A stretch of 64,000 bases of DNA from the IMG/VR virus record IMGVR_UViG_3300005471_000012, positions 1-64,000 of that record. One strand, written 5' to 3'. The DNA comes from a virus. A model generated the notes under the pieces. The model had not been told where the DNA came from, did not search any database, and worked only from the letters and a program-made list of their open reading frames with translations. Below, piece by piece: positions 27,402 to 37,370 of this stretch. The first letter of the stretch is position 1. The number at the start of each line of letters is the position of its first letter. Position numbers and translations under genes: made by a program.

Positions 27402-27935
27402 ATGCCGCGCAGCCGCACCGTCGCCGATCGTGAACGCGATGCCAAAGCCCTGTCCCTGCGCGCCCGCGGGTACACGCACCGGCAGATTTCCGCGCAGCTC
27501 GGCTGGAAATCACCCGCGTCCGCCGTCGGCGCCTGCACCCGCGCCATGCAGGACATGTACCGGGAGGATATAGACAAATGGCGCCAGATTGAGCTGGACA
27601 AGCTCGATGACCTGACCCGCGAGGCCTGGGACGCGATGCAGGAAGCCCACTACCTCGTCTCCCAGGGCAAGGTGGTCAAGGACGACGACGGCACGATGCT
27701 CGTCAACGCCGTCGACAAAGTCAGCCAGCTCGGCACGCTTCTGCTGAAGATCAGCGAGTCCCGCCGAAAGCTGCTCGGCATCGACGCCCCGCCGCAGAAG
27801 GCGCCGACGCCCGATAATCTTGATGCCGAGATCGAGACGCTGGTCAAGCAGCTTTCGGGTCTGGGCGACGTGCCGAAGCAGGTGGCGGACGGCACGGTGG
27901 CCGCTATCGAGAGCGCGGCCCCGCCGGGGGCCTGA
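27402..27935 (+). CDS. terS: terminase small subunit
   Basis: N-terminal HTH (ALSLRARGYTHRQISAQLG), RRKLLGIDAP motif, RBS GAGGAGG, directly before terL. Confidence 0.8.
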   Translation: MPRSRTVADRERDAKALSLRARGYTHRQISAQLGWKSPASAVGACTRAMQDMYREDIDKWRQIELDKLDDLTREAWDAMQEAHYLVSQGKVVKDDDGTMLVNAVDKVSQLGTLLLKISESRRKLLGIDAPPQKAPTPDNLDAEIETLVKQLSGLGDVPKQVADGTVAAIESAAPPGA

Positions 27936-27942
27936 GGCCGCA

Positions 27943-30450
27943 GTGCCGCAGCCATCGTGGGATCAGCTTCCGCCTCATGCGAAGCAGCAGCTCCGCGACC
28001 GGCTCGCGGCTGAGCTGGCGGTGCGGCGCAGTACCACCCCCCGGCCGTGGCGGAAGCTGGCGCGGCCGAAGCAGCTGCCGCCGGACGACCCGCGGCACTG
28101 CCTGCCGGATGCGAACGGCTACAAATGCGGGTGCGACAAGCCCGATATGACCTTCAATGTCTGGCTCGTGATGGCCGGGCGCGGGCTGGGCAAAACGTGG
28201 CAAGGCGCCCAGTGGCTAACGGAACAGGCAATTCGGTATCCAGGGACAGAGTGGGCCGTGGTGGCCCCAACCTTCAGGGACGTGCGCAAAACGGCTATAG
28301 AGGGCACAACGGGCATTCTGGCAGCACTCCAGCCGGGCGAGCTGGCCAGCTATCACCGCAACGAGCTGATGATCACCCTCGCGGGAGGGTCCCACCTGTT
28401 CGGCTACTCGGCCGATAATCCGGAGCGCCTGCGGGGCGCCAACCTGTCCGGTGCATGGTGCGTCGCCCGGGGGGAACCCGTACTCACATCTCGCGGGCCC
28501 GTGCCGATTGAGGACGTGCGACCCGGCATGAGGGTGTGGACGCGGCAGGGATGGCGCCGGGTGCTCGCGCAGCGGCTGATGGCCCGCGCCGCGCCCGTTG
28601 TGCGCGTCGTTACAGACGGAGGGGCGAGCGTCCGGGTCACGGCAGGCCACCGGATTTGGACGCAACACGCCGGGTGGATGGAAGCACGAACGCTGGCCCC
28701 TGGCGATATTCTTAATGTATGGAATTCGCCTACGGGCCACCGGCCTGGATCGAATGGGAGGGCGTCCGCTTCTATCGCCGCAGCAAGAGCGGCCATTACG
28801 CGGATCGCACCGGCTGCCTGCTTCACGTCGCCGTCTGGGAGCGCGCCCATAAGCGACGGATACCTGACGGCCACGCTGTGCATCACAAGGACGAAGATAA
28901 GGTCAACAACGGCGCCGGCAACCTCGAACTGCTCACCAAGGCCGAGCACACCAGGCACCATAACCTCACCGAGCCCCGCGGCATTGCCGTCCTCGCCACA
29001 GCCGAGCGGTCCGGCATATCGCGCAACTCATGGGCCAACCGGCCGGAGCGCGATTTCGCCTGTAACGTCTGCGGCACCTCGTTCAAATCCAAGGGCCAGC
29101 GGGCCATGTACTGCTCGCCCAACTGCCGCGCCGCCGCCTTCCGCGCTGATCACCGCAAACGCGGACAGGACGCGCTGGCCGACCGGCAATGCGAATGGTG
29201 CGGCGACAGCTTCACCCCGCCAGACCGGCGCACCGTCTATTGCGGCCCCGCCTGCCGCCAGAGGGCAGGAGACGGCGCGAAGCGCGCCCGCAACCGCGCA
29301 CGGCTGGGAATTCCGGCCTGCGCAGCCTGCGGCAACCTGTTCACCCCCAAGGACGGTCGCCAGCGATTCTGCTCCGGTCTCTGCCGTCAGCGGCATGCGC
29401 GTCGCGAGGCTCGAGCCCGCTGGGCGGGCTGACGTATACGACCTCCAGGTCGAGGGCGTTCACGAGTTCGTCGTCGGCCGCATCCTGGTCCATAACTGCG
29501 ATGAGCTAGGTTCGTGGCGGTACCCGCAGACCTGGTACGAGGGCCTCATGCCCGCCTTGCGGGTAGGCGAGTTCCCCCGGGTGGTCGTCACGACGACCCC
29601 CCGACTCGTCCCGCTGATCAGGGACCTGGTCGGCCGCGATGACGGCTCTGTGCACATTACCCGCGGGTCGACGTGGGAGAACGCCGACAACCTGTCTGCG
29701 GCGGCGCTCGCGGAACTCCGGCACCGCTACGGCGGCACGAGGCTGGGCCGGCAAGAGCTCGAAGGCGAGCTCCTCGAGGACGTTGATGGCGCACTGTGGG
29801 CCCGCGATGACATTGACGCGGCCCGCGTGAAGCTCGGCGAGGTGCCGCAGCTGCACCGCGTCGTCGTCGCGATCGACCCGGCCACCACGTCGGGCGAGGA
29901 TTCCGACCAGACGGGCATCGTGGTCGTCGGGGAGGGCCCGGGCGGGCACGGCTACGTGCTGGCCGACCTGACGTTCCGGGGCACCCCGGATGCGACGATG
30001 CGCAAGGCGGTCGGCGCCTACCATCAGTACCAGGCCGACTCGGTCGTGGCAGAGGTCAACAACGGCGGGGATTACATCCGGTCCCTGCTGCGGACCGTTG
30101 ACCCGCAGATCCCGTACCGGTCGGTGCGGGCGACCCGCGGCAAGCGGACCCGGGCCGAGCCGGTGTCTGCGCTGTACGAACAGCGCAGAATGCACCATGT
30201 CGGGGTGTTCCCGGAGCTAGAGGACGAGATGTGCTCGTGGACTCCGGATAGCCTCCTGGGCAGCCCGGACCGCATGGACGCACTTGTCTGGGGGTGTACC
30301 GAGCTGCGCGGCCTGTCGGTCGGCTCGTGGCGTGAAGCATACGGCGTGATCATTTGCGCTACCTGCCAGGAGCCATACATGCCGGAAGGCAAGACGGCCT
30401 GCCCGTGGTGCGGCGCCGACGTTCCGGGTGAGGCCGAGGTGCCAGCGTGA
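27943..30450 (+). CDS. terL: terminase large subunit containing an intein
   Basis: Walker A GRGLGKT, RLRG, split Walker B GAW|CDEL, VVTTTP, GRQELEGE, nuclease VAIDPA...DQTGIVV...SPDRMDA. Confidence 0.95.
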   Translation: MPQPSWDQLPPHAKQQLRDRLAAELAVRRSTTPRPWRKLARPKQLPPDDPRHCLPDANGYKCGCDKPDMTFNVWLVMAGRGLGKTWQGAQWLTEQAIRYPGTEWAVVAPTFRDVRKTAIEGTTGILAALQPGELASYHRNELMITLAGGSHLFGYSADNPERLRGANLSGAWCVARGEPVLTSRGPVPIEDVRPGMRVWTRQGWRRVLAQRLMARAAPVVRVVTDGGASVRVTAGHRIWTQHAGWMEARTLAPGDILNVWNSPTGHRPGSNGRASASIAAARAAITRIAPAACFTSPSGSAPISDGYLTATLCITRTKIRSTTAPATSNCSPRPSTPGTITSPSPAALPSSPQPSGPAYRATHGPTGRSAISPVTSAAPRSNPRASGPCTARPTAAPPPSALITANADRTRWPTGNANGAATASPRQTGAPSIAAPPAARGQETARSAPATAHGWEFRPAQPAATCSPPRTVASDSAPVSAVSGMRVARLEPAGRADVYDLQVEGVHEFVVGRILVHNCDELGSWRYPQTWYEGLMPALRVGEFPRVVVTTTPRLVPLIRDLVGRDDGSVHITRGSTWENADNLSAAALAELRHRYGGTRLGRQELEGELLEDVDGALWARDDIDAARVKLGEVPQLHRVVVAIDPATTSGEDSDQTGIVVVGEGPGGHGYVLADLTFRGTPDATMRKAVGAYHQYQADSVVAEVNNGGDYIRSLLRTVDPQIPYRSVRATRGKRTRAEPVSALYEQRRMHHVGVFPELEDEMCSWTPDSLLGSPDRMDALVWGCTELRGLSVGSWREAYGVIICATCQEPYMPEGKTACPWCGADVPGEAEVPA
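28459..29496 (+). mobile_element. intein (346 aa) inserted in the TerL Walker B motif
   Basis: Block A CVARGEPV, block B VTAGH, blocks F/G VYDLQVEGVHEFVVGRILVHN, with Cys at +1. Confidence 0.93.
28719..29432 (+). CDS. HNH homing endonuclease nested in the intein in an alternate frame
   Basis: LHVAVWE...IPDGHAVHHKDEDKVNN...NLELL...H..HH plus three CxxC...C...C Zn ribbons. Confidence 0.88.
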   Translation: MEFAYGPPAWIEWEGVRFYRRSKSGHYADRTGCLLHVAVWERAHKRRIPDGHAVHHKDEDKVNNGAGNLELLTKAEHTRHHNLTEPRGIAVLATAERSGISRNSWANRPERDFACNVCGTSFKSKGQRAMYCSPNCRAAAFRADHRKRGQDALADRQCEWCGDSFTPPDRRTVYCGPACRQRAGDGAKRARNRARLGIPACAACGNLFTPKDGRQRFCSGLCRQRHARREARARWAG

Positions 30451-30746
30451 CGCGAACCCCGGGCACCGGCACCTGGACCGAGGCGTACACGCCCCCTGCG
30501 CGGACCTACACGGGCGTCTGCAAGGGCGGCCCGGCGGACGGGCAGCGTCATACCCTCCCGGCCCGGCTGCCCCCGCAGGTGCGGTTCTACGCCCTCCCGG
30601 AGGCCCGCCGCGGCCGGTCCGTGGTCCTGTCCAGGTACGTGCTGATTGGCATGTTCACGGCCGGGGAACTGACGTACAACTACCAGGGGACTTACGAAAA
30701 GCCCGGCCCGGTACTCGGCGACAAGGCCAACCCCGCATGGTCGTGA
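30447..30746 (+). CDS. hypothetical protein
   Basis: GTGA overlap; CKGGPADG motif. Confidence 0.55.
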   Translation: MTRTPGTGTWTEAYTPPARTYTGVCKGGPADGQRHTLPARLPPQVRFYALPEARRGRSVVLSRYVLIGMFTAGELTYNYQGTYEKPGPVLGDKANPAWS

Positions 30747-31411
30747 CCGCCGTGACGGCGAAGACGTGCCCACGGTGCGGCCTCGACAAGCCGCTTAGCT
30801 ACTTCCACCGCGACGACAGTCGGCGCGATGGCCTGCAGCCCTACTGCAGGAAGTGCAAGCGGGAACTCGGCAGGGCGCTAGCAGCCGGCCGCGCCGCCCG
30901 GCCGGCGGAAGTCGACCTGACCACTACCAAGCGATGCTGTCGCTGCGGCGAGACGAAGGCGCTAGCCGAGTTCCACCGGAACCGCCGGACTGCGCACGGC
31001 GTCCAGACTTACTGCAAGCCCTGCATGAAAACGGTCAACAAGGCATGGTCCGAAGCTCACCCTCGCCGACGGCAGGAGATCAGTCGGCAGGCTGCCGAGC
31101 GGCGCTGGGAGAAACGGCTGCTAGCAGCAGCCGGCCGCCGCGCCGCCCGCGACGGGATCGCGTTCACGATCACCGAGGCCGACGTCACCATCCCGGAGAC
31201 CTGCCCCGTCCTGGGCATGCCGCTTGTGATGGGTCACGGCCGGCACGGACCTGATAGCGCCAGCCTCGACAAGATCGACCCAATGCTCGGCTACATCCCC
31301 GGAAACGTGCACGTCATCAGCTTGCGGGCAAACATGCTCAAGTCGAACGCAACCCCCGGCGAACTGCTGAAACTCGCCGAATGGGTCTTGCAAGGAGAAT
31401 CCCCCAGATAA
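30737..31411 (+). CDS. free-standing His-Me finger (HNH-like) endonuclease with Zn fingers
   Basis: Two K.C..C...K...F...YC+.C repeats; CPVLG...SLDKIDP..GYIPGNV..IS..AN..K. Confidence 0.8.
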   Translation: MVVTAVTAKTCPRCGLDKPLSYFHRDDSRRDGLQPYCRKCKRELGRALAAGRAARPAEVDLTTTKRCCRCGETKALAEFHRNRRTAHGVQTYCKPCMKTVNKAWSEAHPRRRQEISRQAAERRWEKRLLAAAGRRAARDGIAFTITEADVTIPETCPVLGMPLVMGHGRHGPDSASLDKIDPMLGYIPGNVHVISLRANMLKSNATPGELLKLAEWVLQGESPR

Positions 31412-31589
31412 GGGGGGGCGCTCAGGGATGGGTGTCCGGCCTGGCAAACGCTGCGGCGGCAAGGCCGGCGGGCGGCCACAGCCCGGAAGTGGCTCCCTGC
31501 CCTCCCGTCGTCACGGTAAAAGCCGGCGGGGCGCCAGCCGCCTGCGCGGCTGGCGTCCCGTCAGCCACGGCAACTGAAAGGCTGGCCAG

Positions 31590-31784
31590 ATGGCAGACGC
31601 AACCGCCGCGAAGGTGATCGCAGCGCTCCGCACCCGGTCCGACGCCCTCCTGGCCGGCGCGCAGCATCTTTACGACAGCGAGATCACCGCCGGTGACCTG
31701 GCGATGGTGCCGGTCATGCGGGAGCTAGCCGGCGAATTCTCCGCCCTGGCGCGCGAGATCGAAGGCCTCGCGGACGGGAAGTAA
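31590..31784 (+). CDS. small helical protein
   Basis: RBS GAAAGG; GC3 bias. Confidence 0.5.
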   Translation: MADATAAKVIAALRTRSDALLAGAQHLYDSEITAGDLAMVPVMRELAGEFSALAREIEGLADGK

Positions 31785-31813
31785 GCAATGGCCGGCGCCG
31801 TGACGGGGGCAAC

Positions 31814-32194
31814 GTGACCTGGGACGGTGACCTGGACGCCACGCCGCTCAGCGAGGACATGGCCCCGGCTGAGATCAACCGGGTGATGATCGCGACCCGG
31901 CGGATCGCGTGGGCCAAAGTCAGCGAGCTGCGGGACCTGGCGGCCCGGAAAGCTGAGGCGAAACGCGCGGCGAAAGTCGCTTACGCGAAAGCGCTGCTTT
32001 CCGCGGACGGCCCGGTGGAGATCCGCAAAGCACATGCGGTGATCGCCGCGGCGGACGCGCAGTTTGACTACGACGTGGCCGAGGAACTGGTGACGGCGTG
32101 CCGGGAGGCGCTGGACGCCGTGCACGACGACTTCGAGGCGGTCCGCTCGATTAACGCCGACTACCGGGCCGAGCGGTCAGGCCGGGCTTCCTGA
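31814..32194 (+). CDS. coiled-coil phage protein, possibly UvsY-like
   Basis: All-helical, A.A.AY..A.L...G.VE.RK...RS..A..R pattern. Confidence 0.5.
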   Translation: MTWDGDLDATPLSEDMAPAEINRVMIATRRIAWAKVSELRDLAARKAEAKRAAKVAYAKALLSADGPVEIRKAHAVIAAADAQFDYDVAEELVTACREALDAVHDDFEAVRSINADYRAERSGRAS

Positions 32195-32244
32195 GCGCGA
32201 CCTGCATCCGGCTGGTGGCCGGCCTGACCGCAGCGCGTGCGGAT

Positions 32245-32871
32245 TCAGCGGTACAGGTTGCCCGGGTTGCGGTCGGTGACCATGCCCAGGATGTCGACCG
32301 GCACCAGCGCGGTAAGGTCCGGCGTGTCATCAGCAGCGGCGATGATCTCGCCGGACGGCCAGCCGCCCATGGGCAGGCTGAACAGGATGTTCCAGCCGGA
32401 TCGGTCCAGCGGGCTGATCATCTCCACGAACCGCCGGGCCGGGCCCGACATCTTGAAGCTGGGCGTCAGCTCCACTGGCGGGCCGCCCCGGCTGACCGGC
32501 TTGCCAGCGTCCCAGATGCTGCCGGAACCGTGCGGGCGCAGTTGCATGGCAATCGCCGGGCCGACCCGGATACCGGGCAGGTGGTCGACGTAGGACCAGA
32601 TGGTGGGGTCCACGCAGGCCGCCAGCGGGTCATACACGTCATCGCCGAGGACGATCCATGAATGCTGGCTGCCGACACCGGGGGCGAATCCGCGGGCGAT
32701 CCGCCCGGGGCCGAAGACGCCGGTGCGGAGAAGCCGCAGGGAGATGTGGTGGCAGCCATGGGCCCACTTGGCGAACGGGGTGTCGATAAGTTCGGCGAGA
32801 CGGTCAGTATCGGCCGCGATGGCATGGAGTTGCACGAGCGTCAGGGGGGTTCTCGCGGCTGGCTGGGTCAT
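32245..32871 (-). CDS. hypothetical protein
   Basis: RBS AGGAGG; C...QHSW...D motif, possibly a transglutaminase-like Cys-His-Asp set. Confidence 0.6.
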   Translation of the reverse strand: MTQPAARTPLTLVQLHAIAADTDRLAELIDTPFAKWAHGCHHISLRLLRTGVFGPGRIARGFAPGVGSQHSWIVLGDDVYDPLAACVDPTIWSYVDHLPGIRVGPAIAMQLRPHGSGSIWDAGKPVSRGGPPVELTPSFKMSGPARRFVEMISPLDRSGWNILFSLPMGGWPSGEIIAAADDTPDLTALVPVDILGMVTDRNPGNLYR

Positions 32872-32955
32872 CTTTCCTCCTAGTTAGTCCGGTCCGGGTG
32901 GGTCGGGTTCCCTGATCGCAGCGCGCACGGCGGACCCGTGAACGCTGGCGGCGGG

Positions 32956-33231
32956 TCAGCCGGCTAGGCGGGCCGCCGCGCCTGGTTCGCACAGGCAGCA
33001 AAGATCGCCGGGGGCGCGATCCGGATCCCGCCCGCAGCGCCACGAGCACGGCTGGGAGATGCAGTCGCCGTAGGTGCGGTGAACGCGCTCGGTCTTCCAG
33101 CTCTGGTAGCCAATCCCGCCGGCGGGCGGTATTTTCCACTCCTGGTAGCGCGTGCCCGGCTCGATCGGCAGCCGGCAGCGGGAGCACCTGTGCCGCTGGC
33201 GAGCTGTCCGCTCGCAGACGATGGCGCTCAT
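32956..33231 (-). CDS. Cys-rich small protein
   Basis: TAR..HRCSRC..PIEPG..Y motif. Confidence 0.6.
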   Translation of the reverse strand: MSAIVCERTARQRHRCSRCRLPIEPGTRYQEWKIPPAGGIGYQSWKTERVHRTYGDCISQPCSWRCGRDPDRAPGDLCCLCEPGAAARLAG

Positions 33232-33785
33232 GGCGCGGCCAGGAGCGTGTCGATTTCCGCGATGCGGGCCGCGAGGCGCTTACGCTCGGCGGCCAGCGCG
33301 GCAATGTCAGCCTGCTCGCCGGTGATCGCGTATGTTCCCGGGTTCACGACGCTGAGCGCGGCCCGGGGGATGTCCCGGATCTCGGCGATCACGTTGTAGT
33401 CGATAGCAAGCGCGGGGTTTTTCATGCTGCCGCCGCTGGACGGCACCCGGCCCTCGACGACAACGACGCCGTCCGCGAAGCGGACCCCTTGGTCGCGGCC
33501 TGGGCGCTCGGCGATCCGCCGCCCGGCGAACGTCGCGTGCTGATAGTCAGCGAAGTCCTTCAGCTTGATGCGAACGGTGACCAGGTCGGCCGCGTCGGCG
33601 GCGCAGCCGTCAGTGCCGAAGATTTCGCGGGCAAGGTCGCGTACCCGGTCTTCGTCACGGGCGTCGAACTGCCAGCTGGCCCCGTTCCACGACCCGCCCA
33701 TGGGCTTGGCACGGTTGATGATGCCGGTGTTGTACGGGCAGGTTAGGGTGACGGTCGTGCCGTTGTTCTCAACGTTTACGTACAT
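33228..33785 (-). CDS. conserved phage/plasmid hypothetical protein
   Basis: PYN...AK.MGG.W...W.F..RDE..VR.L..IFG.DG and SGGS.KNP; C-terminal coiled coil. Confidence 0.75.
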   Translation of the reverse strand: MYVNVENNGTTVTLTCPYNTGIINRAKPMGGSWNGASWQFDARDEDRVRDLAREIFGTDGCAADAADLVTVRIKLKDFADYQHATFAGRRIAERPGRDQGVRFADGVVVVEGRVPSSGGSMKNPALAIDYNVIAEIRDIPRAALSVVNPGTYAITGEQADIAALAAERKRLAARIAEIDTLLAAP

Positions 33786-33800
33786 GGCATTCCCCTTTCT

Positions 33801-34118
33801 CTAGCTGTCGCTCCTGGCTGACTGGTGAGCCGGGCGGACCGAGGCCTGCCCGAGTGCGGTGAGTTCATAGACGGTATGCGTGCCCTCTGGCGCATGGGCC
33901 TCGCGGCAGCTGACGAGTTTCCGGCCGATCAGGTCGGCCAGGATCTTCTTGACGGCGTCTTCTTTCAGGGGGCTTTCGCCCGGCCGCCAGGCCATCCTGG
34001 TAATCTTGCGGGCGCTCGCGGGACGGCGGCGGGAGATGCTGTCAATGGCATTCATCACCCTCTCCGCCCGTGCGCGGACCACGACCTTGCTGGCATCGTG
34101 GTCATCGTTTGCGTACAT
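33801..34118 (-). CDS. winged-helix DNA-binding protein
   Basis: VKKILADL...LV...YELTALG. Confidence 0.6.
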   Translation of the reverse strand: MYANDDHDASKVVVRARAERVMNAIDSISRRRPASARKITRMAWRPGESPLKEDAVKKILADLIGRKLVSCREAHAPEGTHTVYELTALGQASVRPAHQSARSDS

Positions 34119-34127
34119 GTCCCCTCG

Positions 34128-34727
34128 CTAGCTGCCGGCCAGGTCGCTGGCACGTACGGTGATCCCCTCTTCGTCCCCGGCCGGGTCGTAGTCCCAGGCG
34201 AGCCATCCGGAGCCTTCCCGGAACACGCCGGGCTCGACTTCGCCGCCGGTCGTCACCTCGTGCTCCCGGTCTTCCGCGGTCTCGCCGTTCTCAAGCGGCT
34301 CGGCGAGACGGGCGAGCGCTTCCCGCAGGTTCCTCTCAAGCCGCCGGCGGATCTTCTGCCGCCCGTCGCGGATCTCTTCGGCGTGCGCGACGGCGAGCGC
34401 CTCGGCGCACAGGCTGATCGCCGCGCCGCTCGTGTCCGCCGCGGTGAACCAGTCGACGGACAGCCACTCGCCGCAGCCATGTTGCTTGGACCACTCTTCG
34501 ATCGCGCCGCCTTGCCCGGCGCCGGTGTCGAGCAGCACCGGGCAGCGGTCGATGACCCGGGCGACCGGCTGACCGCACTGCGGGCAGGTGTCACCGACCC
34601 GGTCGGCCCAGACGATCGCGTAGGCGAGATGCCCGCCGGTGACGATGTCGCGGCCGGCGAGGATCTCGGCGTGGATGCCCGGCGGCAGCTTCACGGTCAC
34701 CTGATAGTCGTCATCGTTCATGATCAT
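34128..34727 (-). CDS. hypothetical protein
   Basis: RBS GGAGGG; CPQCG...HGCG. Confidence 0.6.
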   Translation of the reverse strand: MIMNDDDYQVTVKLPPGIHAEILAGRDIVTGGHLAYAIVWADRVGDTCPQCGQPVARVIDRCPVLLDTGAGQGGAIEEWSKQHGCGEWLSVDWFTAADTSGAAISLCAEALAVAHAEEIRDGRQKIRRRLERNLREALARLAEPLENGETAEDREHEVTTGGEVEPGVFREGSGWLAWDYDPAGDEEGITVRASDLAGS

Positions 34728-34739
34728 CCCCTCCGTTCG

Positions 34740-34958
34740 TTAGGCCGCGAGCTGGGAGGCGGGATACGGCCACCGCGCACCCTTCCTGCTGTTACAGGGC
34801 CAGCAGGCTGGCCGCTGATTCGCGGGCCACGCCGATCCACCGCGGGCAAGTGGCTTGACGTGATCCATTAGCGTGGCTGGTGCCTGGCACATCCAGCATC
34901 GGCCACCGTAGTAAGCCCAGCGAGCCGCCAGTTGCTCTGGCGTTGCGCTCCCTGCAGC
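34740..34958 (-). pseudogene. 5'-truncated HNH endonuclease fragment
   Basis: Not in the ORF track. Reads ...ATPEQLAARWAYYGGRCWMCQAPATLMDHVKPLARGGSAWPANQRPACWPCNSRKG...*; an in-frame TGA lies immediately upstream. Confidence 0.8.
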
Positions 34959-35217
34959 TCAGCCGGGAACCGTGCTCGTACCGGACGCAAGTCCACGGGT
35001 CACCATCCGGGCCGCCGTCAGAGCAGTGATCGAGCCGGTAGCCGATCTCGTAATAGTCCCTGTCGCTCCTGGGCGCCTGGACCGCGTACGTGACCGTGAG
35101 CAGCGAGCCGGGCAGGTCCGGGCGGATGAACCGGACGCTGAAGGACTCCCCGGCCTGGATGTCGCCGTCGGGCTGCACGCCCGTGCAGTCAGTGCGCCAC
35201 TGGCCATCGGGCGCCAT
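34792..35217 (-). CDS. hypothetical protein whose 3' end runs out of frame into the HNH remnant
   Basis: RBS GGAGG; first ~87 codons coding-like. Confidence 0.5.
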   Translation of the reverse strand: MAPDGQWRTDCTGVQPDGDIQAGESFSVRFIRPDLPGSLLTVTYAVQAPRSDRDYYEIGYRLDHCSDGGPDGDPWTCVRYEHGSRLSCRERNARATGGSLGLLRWPMLDVPGTSHANGSRQATCPRWIGVARESAASLLAL

Positions 35218-36715
35218 ATCAGATCACCTCCAGGAATCTGACCGCATCCATGCCGTACTGGTCCAGCAGGTCCATAACCTGCGCCGCCTTAAGCCCTCTG
35301 CGCTGCGCACCTTCCCAGACCGGCTTGGGCGGAAATCCCCAGTCCGCAGCCAGTAGCTCAATGGTTACCGCCATAACCGCAGCATTCGCGGTGGCACCAT
35401 TACGTCCGGCCCGAAGGGCTCTTTCGTAGGTCACGATCCGGCCGTAAACGCCCATCACATTGCCTCCCTTAGTCCGGCTTCCTCCAGCAGTTGCTCGGTG
35501 CGTTCCCAGCGCTCCTGAGCGGCCCCCTCGTCGTCGCCGTAGTACTGGCACTGGTGCTCAAGGCAGAACAGGTCCGGGTCGTCACCCCCGGTATCGGTGA
35601 TCTCCCGCCCGCAGTAGATGGCGCTGCCGTCCCAGCCATTGGGCCGGATCTGCCACGGGCAGCGGCCCTGCTTGCGCAGGCGCCGCTCAACCTTGCTCGG
35701 GCGCCCGTTGTCGATTACCTCGCAGGCAGCGTTGTCGGCCCTGACCACGCGCTCGCAGACGGCATGGGCCCAGCCATCGTGGTCACCGGAAAGGGGGTGA
35801 CCGCAGTACATGCAGTCGTTCTCCGCGGCGGCCATCACATCGCCTCTCGTAGTGCGGCTACCGCCGCGTCCTTGTCGTCTGGCCTCACCAGCACCTCGCG
35901 GGGACCGGCCCCGTTGTCGTAGACGATCTTGCTCAGCCATTGCGTTGTGGCCAGGTGCCGGTCGCCGTGCTCGGTGAACTCGACGAAGTGGCGGCCGATG
36001 CGGGCGAGGACCGTGCCGTAAAGGCTGAACATCACGTGCTCGTCATCCCGCCACACGTGCACCGTGGTGCCGATGTCGAGCGTGTCGTGACCCTCAATCC
36101 AGGCGGTCAGTCCTTCGTGCGTTAGCTCCGGCGTGTTCTCCGGCATCTTGAAAATGTACGGTGGCATCTGATTCCCTCCTGGCTGGTAGTGCGTTAAAGG
36201 GGCCGGGCTAGCCGCCCGTGATGAGTTCCGCGGCCTGGCCGAAGACCCTGAGTGCCTCGGCGTGACTGGTCCACGGGGTAAGCGCCCACTTGGCGCTGGC
36301 TTCGCGCTGACTGTCCCAGGCGACGACCTGGAACTCGCGCTCGCCTGTCGCGCTGCGCGGCTTCTCCTGGTCCTCAATGCGGATGTAGGCCACGTGGCGC
36401 GGGTTCAGTACCACACGGCCGTTGTCTGCGCTGAGCATGTTCCTGGCCATCAGCCCTCCTGGCTGCCGTCGGCGAAGGTGCGGGCCGCCTCTGCGAGGTG
36501 GGGAGCGCAGGCGTACTCGTCAAAGCCGCGCTCGCCCTGATGGCCGTGCGTGGCCGGGGAATCGCAGGTGGAGTTCCAGCCTGCCCCCGTGCGATCGGCG
36601 CGCCCGCAGAGCGGGAGGACCGGCGGGGCCAGGCCGGGGATCACGTACCCGGCGGGCAGCGGCTGCCAGCCTTCCGGCATCTCGGTGGTCATGGGGGATC
36701 AGCCTTCCTGGCCGT

Positions 36716-37297
36716 TCAGGCCCGGGGTGCTTTCGCGGCGATCTCGATGATGCGCAGCGCCACGTCGGGGGGCAGCCAGCGCAGTTCGAGGTTGACCGAG
36801 TCGGCCCTGTAGCCGATCCGCGCGTTCTTGCCCTGGCCAAAGTCCGCATAGCTGGCGGACTGGTCATGGGTCGCCGTTGCGCCTGGCGCGATGCGCAGGA
36901 TCTTCGCGGCGAAGGCGTCGCGCCGGCGGCGCATCTCCTCTTCCTCGCCCAGCTCGGCGTGGTACCCGGCAAGGATCTTCCGGTACTCGGGGAGCACCCG
37001 GCGTTCGATCTCGCGCGCGATCGCGTCGGGGCCGCGGGAGGCGGCGACGGTGATCTCGACCCGCTTAAGCCGGGTTCCTGCGTGCCGGCCGGGAATGTAC
37101 GGGTAGGTGCCGTGGATGGCGAGCCGCCCGGCTTTGCGGCCGGGCTCGATGCAGATCCGCATGCCCTCGGGGCCGTCGGCCATGATGTTGTGCCGGTACT
37201 CTTTCGCCCACTCGTGGTCGACAGTCCACGTGCCCAGTGCGACCACGATCTCGGTGCCGATAAAGTCCAGTTCGGCGCCTGTCACCCTGTCCCGCAT
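36716..37297 (-). CDS. hypothetical protein
   Basis: RBS AAGGGAG, directly after a promoter; RGPDAIAREIERRVLP.Y motif. Confidence 0.65.
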   Translation of the reverse strand: MRDRVTGAELDFIGTEIVVALGTWTVDHEWAKEYRHNIMADGPEGMRICIEPGRKAGRLAIHGTYPYIPGRHAGTRLKRVEITVAASRGPDAIAREIERRVLPEYRKILAGYHAELGEEEEMRRRRDAFAAKILRIAPGATATHDQSASYADFGQGKNARIGYRADSVNLELRWLPPDVALRIIEIAAKAPRA

Positions 37298-37341
37298 GCT
37301 GCGTGCTCCCTTGGCTAGGTTAGGCTGTGCCCGATACTTCG

Positions 37342-37370
37342 ATGATACGTCATCATCCGAATCTTGTCTA
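37342..37370 (-). promoter_or_regulatory. sigma70-type promoter (repeated family)
   Basis: TAGACA-agattcggatgatgacg-TATCAT. Confidence 0.8.
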
